64,000 bases of DNA, taken from positions 1 through 64,000 of the IMG/VR virus record IMGVR_UViG_3300031787_007614; one strand, 5' to 3'. The position numbers were made by a program, and so were the translations under genes. Shown one piece after another: positions 54,031 through 64,000 of this stretch (positions are counted from its first letter, which is position 1; every line of letters starts with the position of its first letter). A model generated the notes under the pieces. The model was given only the letters and a program-made list of their open reading frames with translations, had not been told where the DNA came from and did no database searches.

Positions 54031-55862
54031 TTTTTAGGTTGCACCGCTGTGGGCATGTTGCGATACACACGCTTTTGGGGATCATACACAGTTTTAAGTG
54101 GGCCCAAGCCAGCCAGTTTCTTTACTCTAGCAATCATGTCTTGATAATCATCACCGTAGTCGGCTTCTTTTTCTTTGGGAGTTGATTTGCTTTCGTCAGC
54201 CTTTTTAGGCAAGTCTGCATAGTCCTGCTTGCGATCAGCACCGTGGAACTCTTGAGCAACGTCTTGGCTGATGCCAACTTTTTTTGCAAATTCAGGATTG
54301 TGTGCGGCTGCTGCCATGGTGCGGAATTGTGCTTGGCTGGTTGACTTTTCATTCAAGTCACCTTCTTGCATGTTCTTTAATAGTTCTTTTGCTTTTTCAA
54401 CACTAACCATTGGTCTTGGGTGCTTGCCGTCTATTACACTTTGTAAATATTCTTTGCTAAAGCCTTTTGGTGCTTCTGCAGCCGGTTTATTATCAGCAGG
54501 TGATGTCATTGTTGCACTTGGCTTGAATCCGCCAGTGAAACCGCCTTGGCCATCAGGAGTAACTCTAGCATTGGCACCACCTGCGCCCAGTGCCATTGCA
54601 CCTGCCAATGCCGCGCCACCTAATTTTTCTTTCCAGCCTTCGTCAAGATCACCTTCCGCTACACCTTGTTCTCTTACACTACTGCGGAAATGTCTGGCAT
54701 CATTTGCATCGTGTTTGCCGCGTTCTAATCCTTTGGCCCATTCGTCATTTTTACGGGCTTCTCTTGTGGCACTATATGGATTGTCTCTGATGGTCATACC
54801 TTGTTTGTATGCTCGACGACCCAGTTCGTATGCTACGCCAACACCTGCTAGTTCATACTCTTCCGCCATGCCTTTCTTCTTCAATGCTTCCTTATTTCTC
54901 ACCCAGCCTTTGCCACCGCATTCTGGGCACTCATCATCGTGTGTATCTATTCCAGTGCCATCGCAAGAACCACATTCATGCTTTTCACCAGTGTTACCGT
55001 AAGCATCTGACTCCGAGCCTTCCGCCATGCCTTGTCCTAGATTGGCTATGTAACCATCAGGGCCAGTCCATTGATCTTTATAGTCTTGCCATTCTTTTAG
55101 ACCCCAAGCTATAGGAAACTGATGCCAAGCCCACATTCCGTGGGTATTAAACTCGCTAGAAAATTCCTGTATGTCAGCCTGTGTAATGCCTGAGGTATTG
55201 GATTGTTTGGCGACCTCAATCAACCAGTGCGCCATAGTTTCGCCACCGTCGTCAAGATTACCTACTTTTTCTAATTTATTAAACCTATCTACACCTTGCC
55301 TTTCAAAGTTGCGGCAAATTTTTTCAAGCCAATTTATAAATTCCTGGCCCCATTTGGCCAATGCTGTTTCTGGGTCGCTGCCTGTTCTTGCAGTGAGAGA
55401 CTTATTCAAACTATCTACACTTTGCCTAGCAGTAGCACCACCTGTGATCTGACCCATCATTGAGTCAAACTTTTGATCGCCAGTTGCTTCCGCCACACCT
55501 TGCTTCTTGTTTAACTCTTTGTTTAGAATCTTTTCAGCATCCTTGGCTACTTTTTTAGCAGTGGTTGCTTTAGCAGTGTATTCTTTTTTGCCGCCTTCAT
55601 CGTTACTACCATCACGCCCTGGAGGTGTTTGTGATTTGTCCATTTCCATCACACCTTCAGACTTGTTGCCATAATTGCCAGCGCCTTTTTTGCGACACTG
55701 AACCAAGCGTCCAGATGCATAGGCTGATGGCCATACTTTTGCTGACGCTTTTACTTTGTAGTAGCAGGCGTCTTTCTTTTCCATCATCAGCATTTCACTG
55801 AACATGGGACCACCACAGTGTGGGCATGACTGTGAGGCTTCAAATAAGTCGTCTATAATCAT
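54027..55862 (-). CDS. Modular polyprotein with G-[VM]-A-E junctions
   Basis: QGVAE, QGMAE, KGMAE, QGVAE separate unrelated modules, including Zn-finger-like and RMF-like ones. Confidence 0.8.
   Translation of the reverse strand: MIIDDLFEASQSCPHCGGPMFSEMLMMEKKDACYYKVKASAKVWPSAYASGRLVQCRKKGAGNYGNKSEGVMEMDKSQTPPGRDGSNDEGGKKEYTAKATTAKKVAKDAEKILNKELNKKQGVAEATGDQKFDSMMGQITGGATARQSVDSLNKSLTARTGSDPETALAKWGQEFINWLEKICRNFERQGVDRFNKLEKVGNLDDGGETMAHWLIEVAKQSNTSGITQADIQEFSSEFNTHGMWAWHQFPIAWGLKEWQDYKDQWTGPDGYIANLGQGMAEGSESDAYGNTGEKHECGSCDGTGIDTHDDECPECGGKGWVRNKEALKKKGMAEEYELAGVGVAYELGRRAYKQGMTIRDNPYSATREARKNDEWAKGLERGKHDANDARHFRSSVREQGVAEGDLDEGWKEKLGGAALAGAMALGAGGANARVTPDGQGGFTGGFKPSATMTSPADNKPAAEAPKGFSKEYLQSVIDGKHPRPMVSVEKAKELLKNMQEGDLNEKSTSQAQFRTMAAAAHNPEFAKKVGISQDVAQEFHGADRKQDYADLPKKADESKSTPKEKEADYGDDYQDMIARVKKLAGLGPLKTVYDPQKRVYRNMPTAVQPKK
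54653..55502 (-). repeat. Dispersed 16-bp repeat (C/A)AAGG(T/C)(G/A)T(G/A)GCGGAAG
   Basis: Copies at 54653-54668, 54860-54875, 55019-55034, 55487-55502; variant at 56728-56743. Confidence 0.75.
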
Positions 55863-56212
55863 TTCTTTTTAGTGGCCACGTTGATGGCCTTTCCTGTGCG
55901 GTTGGGGTTGGGATCTTGTCTGCGTTTTCTTGCGGCTGCTGACGCACGACCTTTTTTGCCCAGGGCATGTGCTTTGGCTTGCGGCAAACACTTGGGCTTG
56001 CCTTCTTTTGAACTGCCTCTAGCACAATCACCACGGATCTTGCCGTCGGGCCCAAAGCGTACCCACTTGTCTTTGAACCAATCACGGAGATTTTCTTCCA
56101 ACTCGGTTTCGCTCACAGGCACACAATTGGGCACCTGACGACCACCTTTGTTTTTCATGCCTGCTTGGCGATAACCAGTCCAGCAGGCTTCAAGAATTTC
56201 TTTATATCTCAT
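55859..56212 (-). CDS. Basic two-module protein (CW.GY...VPNCV; L..WF..KW)
   Basis: MRYKEILE start. Confidence 0.75.
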   Translation of the reverse strand: MRYKEILEACWTGYRQAGMKNKGGRQVPNCVPVSETELEENLRDWFKDKWVRFGPDGKIRGDCARGSSKEGKPKCLPQAKAHALGKKGRASAAARKRRQDPNPNRTGKAINVATKKK

Positions 56213-56218
56213 GATGGG

Positions 56219-59200
56219 TTATTTATTGCGTTTGGCTCGAGCCCGTCCAGCCTTCATGTTGGCCATCCAGTGTGCCAATTGTCCTTTGCGACCGCCTTGT
56301 TTGGCCACTTTACGCAGGGTGCTTACTGATGCTTTGGTGGGCACGCCGTGTCGCTTTGAATCGCCTTTGTCTTGGGGATTCCGACCGTCAGCAAAGTTTT
56401 CACCTACGTTGTATGTGGGATCAGTTTTTTGACGCTTGATGCCAGCAGGTTGATTGGGATCTACAGGATCAATGTCAGTGGTGGTTAACCCTAGTTTTTC
56501 CAACTGCTTGATGTATTCATGTTCAAGATCTTCGTCGCCAAAACTCACAATAGTACTGGGTGGTCCTTTGCCAAAATCGTCAGTGTTATCTCTGTCTAAG
56601 TTAGCAATGTTCTTGCCCAACTTGTACCAGTCATACATGTCTGACACATCCACTCGCACAGTGCCCGCTGGCATTGTGGGTCGGCTTTCAGGACCAGGAG
56701 GATCAAAGTTTCCGTAGCGATCCTTGCCTTCGGCTACACCTTCTGTCATGATTGGCACAACTTCAAAGCCTTCGCCTGACACTCCCCGACCATTGTTTCG
56801 CAACCATTGAGCCGCTACACGGTTAGCATCGCCTTGATTGTTGCCCACGCCTGAAAATCTATGAACTTCTTCACCATTGACCAACACCTTCCATGCACCA
56901 GAGAATGTGCCTGGCGTGGCTCGCTGTTGTGCCAAGGCTGCTGTGCTTCCAGGGTAGACCACCTCTATATCTGGTTCAATGTCAATGATACCACCCGATG
57001 CTGCATCTGCAGGCCGATCCCATTGTTCAGTATCCACCACCATGTAGTCAGCAGCAACCACATTGTTTCTAGCAGCCCAGGCTTGGAGAACATATCTGCC
57101 TTGTGCCTGTTCCGCTGGATTGCCCATGTTAAATCTAAACTGATAGTCAGGTGCTGGGCCAGTAAAACTGCCATACAGGCCTGGATCCGAGCGTAGCACA
57201 ATGGCATAGCGACCGTTGGGGTCATTGGGGCGGCCACCACCTTGAGAACCTGGCGGTGCAGTAAAGGCACTAGCTGTGTCGTCGTCTTGTGTAGATTGTG
57301 CATCCAAATTATACGGACGCACAGGTTCAGCCACAATAGATTGTCGTGTGTTGGCCCAAGACGGATAGCCATCATCCCCCAAGGCTTTTTCAATGGCTTC
57401 TTCTCGAGAGGTGGCAACAACTTCTACACTGGCATAACTATTGCCAGGATTGGAAACGTTCCACCACATCTTTTCACCGCTTGTTTTATTACGCTCCGTC
57501 TTGCGTTGTAGTTGTGCTTGCTTGACAAAACTACGCAAGGCAGCCTTGGGAATCTTGCCAGCCACATAGTCAGCAAAGTATCGGATTGTGTCTGACCCTT
57601 TTTGATCCTGAGTCAACAGTTTGTATAGTTTCTTTTGATACTCTTCTCGATAGGCTTCAGGGTTAAGTGCTGCACTCATGGCCACTGTGAAACGCAACAG
57701 AGTGTTTTCAATCTTGTCAAAGTTGTCATCCAGCCAGTCACCACCCGGCGAACGGAATTCAATGTGTCCGCTCTTGGTGTTGATTGATGTGTACTTGTCT
57801 GTGCTGCCTGAATGGATGGCCTTGGAAGCCAGTTCACCCATTTGACCTTTCATCTTGTCCAGCAAACGCTGTGCGTCTTCGGGGTTGGACCGCACACGAT
57901 CACGCACCTTGCCTAGTGCTGATTTGGTGTAGGTATTGGAACTGCGACCAAATTGTTTGAGCACATACTCGTCGCCCAACAGCAAGGCCAGTTTTACATA
58001 GTCCAAACGATCTAAACTGTAGTCAGGCACTGATATGTTGATGTGCAGGCCAGTCGAACTGTTGGTATAAACGCCCATGCGTCCAGCCCAGGCCTTCACG
58101 GCATTTAAATCTTTCAGCAGTTCATCTATGGGCATGGGCGGGCTCACAAACTCCAAGCCTTCGTCGCCGTCATTGTCGCCTTCCAAACTGGCGTCTGGTT
58201 CTACTACATAGAATTGATTGTTGGGTCCAGGTCTGTCGCCGGACTGATGATATCTTGTGTTCACTCGCACTTCACGACCCACAGCCTGACTGAATTCGTC
58301 AGCCACTTGATCTGCGTCAATCTCGCCGCTGTTCATGCTAGTCCAGTAGGGCCAATTCATTCCATACATTTGCTCAACCTCACTCATTCTGTCAAGGTCT
58401 GTGGCGTCTAACCAGTCGCTTTCGTCATAATTTTCTTGGAATTCTTCCCGCCATTCATCAAAGGCTTCATTGTAGTAAGTACTCGAAGGATCAGCGTCTA
58501 CATTGGCTGCAAATTCATCAAATGCTTCGTTTCGTTCATCACCAGTTAACTCGTTAGGATTCCATTCATCTTCATTTACATTATTCCGAAGCCAGTCACG
58601 AATGTAATCTTGGCTTTCACCGCCCCAGTCATCGCGAAGTTTTTCATCCAGCCATTCCTGGAAATCGTCCTGCATTCTTTCACGCAGGCGTTCAACATCT
58701 CTACGGCCGTTGTAGTCGCCATCATGAAAGAATCGCACAGCATCATCAATGCTAACACAGCGTTCATCCTGATCATAGTCTGGTTCCATTTCAGGATCTT
58801 CGGATTCCATACCAGGCACAATCATTTCAAATTCCATGCCAGCAATGGCACCTGTTTTGGCAGCTTCCCTGCGCAAATTTTTGCTGCCCATGTTTATTTC
58901 AAACAGGTCTTGTTCTTCAAACAGTTCAAATTCTTGTGCTAGACTTTCTGCTAACTTTACCTTGCCATCTGCTCGCAACAGTTGTGGATGGCCTTGCGAA
59001 TCAGTGGCCAGTCGCATCTTGTTGGCTTCTGTGCCAGTTTGTCCTGGATGCACATCCACACTCAGTGCCATTTCAAATCGAGGATCGTTGCGTTCGGCCC
59101 AGGTGGGAATGTATCCAGATGACTCACGAATGTCTTCATGGTCAAACAGTTCTGGGTGTGCATCAGCAAAGTCTCGCATGATAATGCCAGCCACAGCGTT

Positions 59201-60388
59201 TGCTTCGTTCTCCACAGGAGAGCCTGTGTTGCCAGATGTGTGATCCAATTGTTCTAATTCCTGTTGGCGGCAGTGTGCCAGTTCGTGTGCCACAGTGCGA
59301 AGAATATCCATCACATGTCGATCGCGCAGATTCACATGCAAAACATGCAGCTCTGGTTGGTACATGCCAAATGAACGATTTTGTTCACTCCATCCGTCAT
59401 TGTCATGTAGTACAATTTCAGGCATGCGTTCAATGCCCAAGCGTTCAGCAGTGTCTTGAATAAACTGTTGCACCATGCTCTCAGTGTCATCTTCATTCAA
59501 GAACATTTGTGTGCTGGCAGCAACACCATCTTCTGAACTGTAGGGTTGTCCTTGATGGCCTTCGCGCATGCTTTCGCCACCACCACCGTCACCACCTTCG
59601 CCTGATTCTCCTCCGTAGCCAAATCCAGGAGACCAATAGCTGCCAAATCCATAACGCACTCGGGATTTCTTTTTTCGGCGTTCTTGTAGACTCAGCTCGT
59701 GATCTTGTGCGGCTGTTCTAGCTGTGCGCAAATCCTTGATGCAACCTTTGTTACGCAGGATTTTGAACACAATGTTTTCACACCCAAACTCGCCGTGAGC
59801 ATCCAAGCCACTTTGGCGCATGGCCTTGATCTTGTCCCACAGTCTGCTCATGGATTCAGCGTTGCCAGATTCAATTGCTGAATGTATTCTAGCATCCAAA
59901 TCTTCGACCTTGGCTCGCACACAGGTGTCGTCAATTCTGGCACGTTTTCTGCGTGGCACTTGAATCCATTCGTCACGTGGGATAGAATACTCACCTTGAC
60001 TCACAGGAGACTCGGCTGCATTTTGCACATACAGTTCCACAGGCACGCCGCCGATGCTCAACTTGTGTTCATCGTTATATTGGTATTTTTTGGCATTGAA
60101 CAGTTCCTGATAAACTTCGTCGTCAGCAGGAAACTCCACCACAAGGTGTAGATCAATGTCGGAATATGGGGTATAGCTGTAGGCAGCATTACTGCCTGAG
60201 ATGGTTATGTCACGGACGTCAAGGTCACCTACGCCAAGAAATTCGCGAAAATTGTCAGCAATGGCCAACAGCTTTTCGCGTACTTCGGGTAACAATTGCT
60301 CGTCCCTGCCCCAGATTTTAGGGTTGAGACGATTGTGAAACTTTACAGCATCACTCAGCTTGAAGGAATCCAGTTCGTTGATGTTCAT
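56219..60388 (-). CDS. Polyvalent protein: nucleotidyltransferase + zincin + putative amidoligase + variable modules
   Basis: GS...SDIDLH; HELAH; G.EFE, EFVSPP, GLHIN, KY.SIN, IEFR. Confidence 0.82.
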   Translation of the reverse strand: MNINELDSFKLSDAVKFHNRLNPKIWGRDEQLLPEVREKLLAIADNFREFLGVGDLDVRDITISGSNAAYSYTPYSDIDLHLVVEFPADDEVYQELFNAKKYQYNDEHKLSIGGVPVELYVQNAAESPVSQGEYSIPRDEWIQVPRRKRARIDDTCVRAKVEDLDARIHSAIESGNAESMSRLWDKIKAMRQSGLDAHGEFGCENIVFKILRNKGCIKDLRTARTAAQDHELSLQERRKKKSRVRYGFGSYWSPGFGYGGESGEGGDGGGGESMREGHQGQPYSSEDGVAASTQMFLNEDDTESMVQQFIQDTAERLGIERMPEIVLHDNDGWSEQNRSFGMYQPELHVLHVNLRDRHVMDILRTVAHELAHCRQQELEQLDHTSGNTGSPVENEANAVAGIIMRDFADAHPELFDHEDIRESSGYIPTWAERNDPRFEMALSVDVHPGQTGTEANKMRLATDSQGHPQLLRADGKVKLAESLAQEFELFEEQDLFEINMGSKNLRREAAKTGAIAGMEFEMIVPGMESEDPEMEPDYDQDERCVSIDDAVRFFHDGDYNGRRDVERLRERMQDDFQEWLDEKLRDDWGGESQDYIRDWLRNNVNEDEWNPNELTGDERNEAFDEFAANVDADPSSTYYNEAFDEWREEFQENYDESDWLDATDLDRMSEVEQMYGMNWPYWTSMNSGEIDADQVADEFSQAVGREVRVNTRYHQSGDRPGPNNQFYVVEPDASLEGDNDGDEGLEFVSPPMPIDELLKDLNAVKAWAGRMGVYTNSSTGLHINISVPDYSLDRLDYVKLALLLGDEYVLKQFGRSSNTYTKSALGKVRDRVRSNPEDAQRLLDKMKGQMGELASKAIHSGSTDKYTSINTKSGHIEFRSPGGDWLDDNFDKIENTLLRFTVAMSAALNPEAYREEYQKKLYKLLTQDQKGSDTIRYFADYVAGKIPKAALRSFVKQAQLQRKTERNKTSGEKMWWNVSNPGNSYASVEVVATSREEAIEKALGDDGYPSWANTRQSIVAEPVRPYNLDAQSTQDDDTASAFTAPPGSQGGGRPNDPNGRYAIVLRSDPGLYGSFTGPAPDYQFRFNMGNPAEQAQGRYVLQAWAARNNVVAADYMVVDTEQWDRPADAASGGIIDIEPDIEVVYPGSTAALAQQRATPGTFSGAWKVLVNGEEVHRFSGVGNNQGDANRVAAQWLRNNGRGVSGEGFEVVPIMTEGVAEGKDRYGNFDPPGPESRPTMPAGTVRVDVSDMYDWYKLGKNIANLDRDNTDDFGKGPPSTIVSFGDEDLEHEYIKQLEKLGLTTTDIDPVDPNQPAGIKRQKTDPTYNVGENFADGRNPQDKGDSKRHGVPTKASVSTLRKVAKQGGRKGQLAHWMANMKAGRARAKRNK

Positions 60389-60405
60389 ACGAACTGTATT
60401 TACCG

Positions 60406-61266
60406 TTACTTGGCTGTAGCTGGTTCTTCCACGGGCACAACATCCACAGGGGTGCTGGATGCCATGATTTCAGGCTCAGTTATATCAACTGGTTGCTTGG
60501 CTGCATCATGTGCATTGGCAATCTTAGGAGCAGCAATAGCATGCAAGTCTTGGTACAACTTGTCCTGTGTTTGCGCATCAAACACATAGGTGCCCACGTG
60601 TTTCAACAACACACGTTTGTCGATATACACTTTGCCGCCTAGATCACGCCAGTTTTCGCAGAATGTCCAGTCTTCTGAATAGTAGCGGTTTTCACGCACA
60701 GCAGTGTCAAAGTAGGTTTTCATGTACTTGTCCAGCGCAGGATCTAGACCAATGTCATTGTTGAAATGACGCACAGCAGGGTGTGCATTCAGTTTGTCAA
60801 ACACATCTTTCTTGATCAACAAGAATCCTGTGCCAGTCTTGGTAACTTCTACCAAGTTGTCCACGCCTTCTTCTTGACCTGGAATGCCATTCACACACCA
60901 TTTAACTGGCAGTGATTTCATGGGATACAATCCACCAATCACATCCACTTGGCGATTTAGCAACACCAACAAATGCCAGGGTTCCCAGCCAATGTCCGCG
61001 TCAATAAACATCAAGTGTGTTGAACCTTCTGTATTCAAAAACTTTGCAGTCAGAGTGTTTCTAGCACGACTAATCAAACTTTCATTAGTCATGGTTTCTA
61101 CAGTCCAATCAATGCCTAGTTGTCGGCAGGTATTGCCCCATTTGATAAAACTCATGAATGTTGCTTCTGTCAGCTGGCCCCCATAACAGGGCATACAGAT
61201 GTGAACACGAGTGGTTTTTAGATATTCAAGGTCGACTTGAATTTGAACTTGTTGTGGCTCTGCCAT
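60406..61266 (-). CDS. GT-A-like glycosyltransferase
   Basis: SLI.RARN, FIDAD, TGF.LI, SED..FC. Confidence 0.75.
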   Translation of the reverse strand: MAEPQQVQIQVDLEYLKTTRVHICMPCYGGQLTEATFMSFIKWGNTCRQLGIDWTVETMTNESLISRARNTLTAKFLNTEGSTHLMFIDADIGWEPWHLLVLLNRQVDVIGGLYPMKSLPVKWCVNGIPGQEEGVDNLVEVTKTGTGFLLIKKDVFDKLNAHPAVRHFNNDIGLDPALDKYMKTYFDTAVRENRYYSEDWTFCENWRDLGGKVYIDKRVLLKHVGTYVFDAQTQDKLYQDLHAIAAPKIANAHDAAKQPVDITEPEIMASSTPVDVVPVEEPATAK

Positions 61267-61322
61267 TTAGATCTCCGTAAAAAAGTGTAGTATTTACGGA
61301 TTATACAGCCAAGGCAAAATTT

Positions 61323-62039
61323 TTACGACCTAGACTCTTCCATGTAGTCAATAACGGGCTGATTTTCTCTAGCTTGATAGCCTGCCTTCATGCCACCCAC
61401 ACTCAGTTGATTCTCGCTGGTAAATGTCGCGGCCCAGCCTTGATTCTCAGCCACAGTACCAATGGCAGTGTCCAACAGTTTGACAACATTAGCAGCCAAT
61501 TTGGGATTCTTTTGTGTTGCTGGATACAAGCTCATCACAAGAGCTGTTTTGCGTTTTTCGTTTAGTGTGGGCCATGCGCCACGAATCTCTGTGGCCGACG
61601 TCATGCCTGGACCAAACTCCACTGTGGGTAGGTAGGCCATGTAGGCATGTTTTGCAAATGGCTCTAATCGCTTTGCACCTATCAGTGGTTGCAAGTATGC
61701 AGGATTGCCATCTTTCTTTATGCCGCCTGCTTGTGGAGGTTTGTTGGCGTCTTTATCAGAACGCACAAAAATTAATGTGTCTGTAGCAGGGTTAAATTGC
61801 GCAGTAATTTCTTCAGCACGAAACGGTGATTTGACCTGCACAAAATGTCCAGCATCTACTCCAGCCAGCTTGGCCAACTTTTCTTTTACTGCAAATGGAA
61901 ATGGTCTAGCTGAGGTATCGTTTGTGGCCGCAACAAAAACTTCAGCATCAGGGAATGCCCGTTGTGCGGATTGATAAAGTGCTAGGTGCCCTGCATGGAA
62001 AGGATGAAATCCCCCGGGCATGATTACTACAGTGCTCAT
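61323..62039 (-). CDS. HxGH nucleotidyltransferase (cytidylyltransferase-like)
   Basis: PGGFHPFHAGH, SAT.IR. Confidence 0.8.
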   Translation of the reverse strand: MSTVVIMPGGFHPFHAGHLALYQSAQRAFPDAEVFVAATNDTSARPFPFAVKEKLAKLAGVDAGHFVQVKSPFRAEEITAQFNPATDTLIFVRSDKDANKPPQAGGIKKDGNPAYLQPLIGAKRLEPFAKHAYMAYLPTVEFGPGMTSATEIRGAWPTLNEKRKTALVMSLYPATQKNPKLAANVVKLLDTAIGTVAENQGWAATFTSENQLSVGGMKAGYQARENQPVIDYMEESRS

Positions 62040-62055
62040 ACACTGTATTTAGTGC

Positions 62056-62496
62056 TTACATGTGTTCCAGCAACCACAGATAAAATGGTGTGGTAAATTC
62101 AAGTGTTATTGAGCCGTTACAGCCCATGGCTCCATAGAACTTGTCTTTTATGGGATCTTGTGTGCCATTGAAATCGTGTGCATAATCTGCTGTTTCATTC
62201 AACAACTGAGTGATATCAACTCCGTCAATTGACACAGTATCAATGGTCAACATGGCATCAGCAGTGATATTGCCCTGATCATCAACTTGTGTGTGTTCTG
62301 TAGTTTTGCCTGACATCACCAGTTGTAGTTTTTGTTCAGTGTCATCTGTATCTGGAATGTCAAATGTTACCTGACAGTTATCAGTCACATGATCTAACTT
62401 AAAAACACTTTGGCCATTTAGTAAAGCTTCAAAACTCAGTGGTGCAGCGGACGAGGTGGTGCCTAACGTACACTGAAATTTAACAACTTCTGACAT
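62056..62496 (-). CDS. Hypothetical beta-rich protein
   Basis: NG...L.F..P.Y.WLLE C-terminus. Confidence 0.72.
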   Translation of the reverse strand: MSEVVKFQCTLGTTSSAAPLSFEALLNGQSVFKLDHVTDNCQVTFDIPDTDDTEQKLQLVMSGKTTEHTQVDDQGNITADAMLTIDTVSIDGVDITQLLNETADYAHDFNGTQDPIKDKFYGAMGCNGSITLEFTTPFYLWLLEHM

Positions 62497-62504
62497 GGAT
62501 TTCC

Positions 62505-62867
62505 TTAGTAAGTGGCGGTGACAGAATTTATAGTGCCACCAGAAAAGTTTTCAATTCTGCAACGCAGCCACACAAAATTACCAGTTATTGTTGCAGGATG
62601 GTAATCAGTTATTGGTATAGTAGACCCATCATCAAAAATAAATGTGTTAAACCAAGTGGCTGATTCTGGTAGTGTATCCAGCGTGGCGTCAAGATAAATG
62701 GTACCTTCAAAATTTTCAACACTAAAAGTCACAGTTTGCAAGCCGCCACGGCCGCGATAATAACTGGCTGCTGGCACAGCGTCTGATGCCCAGTCTTGAC
62801 TTGACCCGTCGTAGTTGCCCGAAGGTTCTCCGTAAACTGTGGTGCCAAGAATGATTTCAGTGGTCAT
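62505..62867 (-). CDS. Hypothetical beta-rich (possibly structural) protein
   Basis: GNF.W.R motif. Confidence 0.72.
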   Translation of the reverse strand: MTTEIILGTTVYGEPSGNYDGSSQDWASDAVPAASYYRGRGGLQTVTFSVENFEGTIYLDATLDTLPESATWFNTFIFDDGSTIPITDYHPATITGNFVWLRCRIENFSGGTINSVTATY

Positions 62868-63031
62868 TATGCGCGATCAGCTTCCACAACAACACCGCTG
62901 CCGGCTAGTTCTTCTGCAACTGATTGCAGGGCTGCCACAATGTCATCAGTGGCAATTGCTTCTGCTGTTGCATCGTCTTTGACCAATTTTGATAGTTTGA
63001 TCACAACTATTTCTTCATGTATTTTTGCCAT
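62867..63031 (-). CDS. Hypothetical protein, 54 aa
   Basis: MAKIHEEIVVIKLSKLVKD...; ATAAATA upstream. Confidence 0.65.
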   Translation of the reverse strand: MAKIHEEIVVIKLSKLVKDDATAEAIATDDIVAALQSVAEELAGSGVVVEADRA

Positions 63032-63041
63032 AGTGTGTTAT

Positions 63042-63737
63042 TTATTGTTTTTTCACTATGGGCAGAGTTTTCCTAACCATGCCCGGGCATACCATACTCA
63101 GCATGGTTTCATATTGTAGGCTATTGTGCTCGATGTAGTAATAGCTTTCAGTAACATCATTGCGCCACCAATACACCCGTGTTGGCCTAATTTCAATATC
63201 TAAAAATTCTCGCAAACTCTTGCTGGCTGCAACGTCATTGCCCTGGGTGGTTATCCATGCAGCCAGTCGAGACTTTTGTGTTTTGCCAAGTGATCGCCCA
63301 CGGAAATAAGTGCGGTATTGATACTGTGGATTTTTTAATAAAATTGTATCAGGTGGCAAATTGAGTTCTGCTCGTTTGAGATCTACAGACTCAATCCAAT
63401 CGCATGCCATCAATCGACCATGCAAGCCAAGATTGTTTGTGTACACTGTGAGATAATTGTTGAAAAACACCATTTTCTTTGGGGGAGTTTCTGCTGCCAA
63501 CAGTGCTCGCATGCCTTCTAAATTGTCACAACAGCGTGTGGTAAATTTGCTTATAAATTTTTCGCCATAGCGTTGGTAATGAGAATTTCTACTAGCTTCG
63601 TACTCCATTCTCACGCGAATGTGTGACTGCATTTTCTTTTGATCAAGACTGCGAATACACCCAATTTCGTCCTGCTGCCAGGTCATGGCATATTCATATG
63701 CGTTGTAGTACAACGAACTACGCGATTCACTTCTCAT
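63042..63737 (-). CDS. Hypothetical protein
   Basis: 231-aa ORF. Confidence 0.7.
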   Translation of the reverse strand: MRSESRSSLYYNAYEYAMTWQQDEIGCIRSLDQKKMQSHIRVRMEYEASRNSHYQRYGEKFISKFTTRCCDNLEGMRALLAAETPPKKMVFFNNYLTVYTNNLGLHGRLMACDWIESVDLKRAELNLPPDTILLKNPQYQYRTYFRGRSLGKTQKSRLAAWITTQGNDVAASKSLREFLDIEIRPTRVYWWRNDVTESYYYIEHNSLQYETMLSMVCPGMVRKTLPIVKKQ

Positions 63738-64000
63738 TGTCCACCACTATAATTCCATCAACATTTACACTTGCAATCACTTCCACAGGTGCGTCCGCTT
63801 GAACATCAAACACAATTTTGTCCGCCACAACATCCGCAGTGATAGTACAATCACGCAAGCGATCAAACAGGATCTTCTTGCTCAACGGCACACGAATCAG
63901 TTCATCAATCTTCCTCGAGAGTGGTCGCGCACCCAGCTTCGAATCATAGCCCTTGTCAGCAAGCAGGTCAACTGCGCCTTCGGATAAGTTGAGACGTATA
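63727..64000 (-). CDS. ClpA/ClpB-type ATPase, C-terminal fragment (continues beyond window)
   Basis: GYDSKLGARPLSRKI...I..PL...IL. Confidence 0.85.
   Translation of the reverse strand, partial: IRLNLSEGAVDLLADKGYDSKLGARPLSRKIDELIRVPLSKKILFDRLRDCTITADVVADKIVFDVQADAPVEVIASVNVDGIIVVDNEK

Noticed and set aside
1751-63987. Numerous short ORFs in the track antisense to or nested in called genes
   Set aside because: Shadow frames of well-supported genes, with no recognisable motifs.
1-64000. CRISPR array, rRNA, integrase/transposase, stop-codon reassignment
   Set aside because: No regularly spaced repeats or such genes seen; long genes are intact in the standard code.

Overview
64 kb of a large lytic dsDNA phage (T4-related jumbo type), standard genetic code, about 42% GC by eye, mostly minus-strand genes. 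A Betaproteobacterial host is inferred from the porin type and the ssrA tag. Left end (1-4.1 kb): an RNA operon with 5 tRNAs, two non-canonical tRNA-like RNAs and five or six other unannotated structured RNAs; a porin; and a circularly permuted two-piece tmRNA whose intervening segment holds two membrane micro-ORFs. 4-10 kb: desaturase, SPFH protein and small early genes with repeated sigma70 promoters. 10-53 kb: replication genes (DNA polymerase B, clamp-like, RNase H-like 5'-3' exonuclease, MazG-like) interleaved with two systems. The first is a 7-deazaguanine pathway (FolE, QueD, QueE, YhhQ, a second QueD-like DpdL-type protein and a TGT/DpdA-like transglycosylase; no QueC in the window), with candidate pseudoknot riboswitch leaders on queD and folE. 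The second is a large glycan/small-molecule tailoring set (GT10-like x4, SGNH-like x5, other glycosyltransferases, GalE, DegT, AsnB, sulfotransferase, FkbM, PIG-L, radical SAMs, amidinotransferase). 53-64 kb: putative capsid-packaged modular polyproteins punctuated by a G-[VM]-A-E repeat, including a 1389-aa nucleotidyltransferase/zincin/amidoligase fusion, then the 3' end of a Clp ATPase. All calls come from manual motif reading; no database searches were run.
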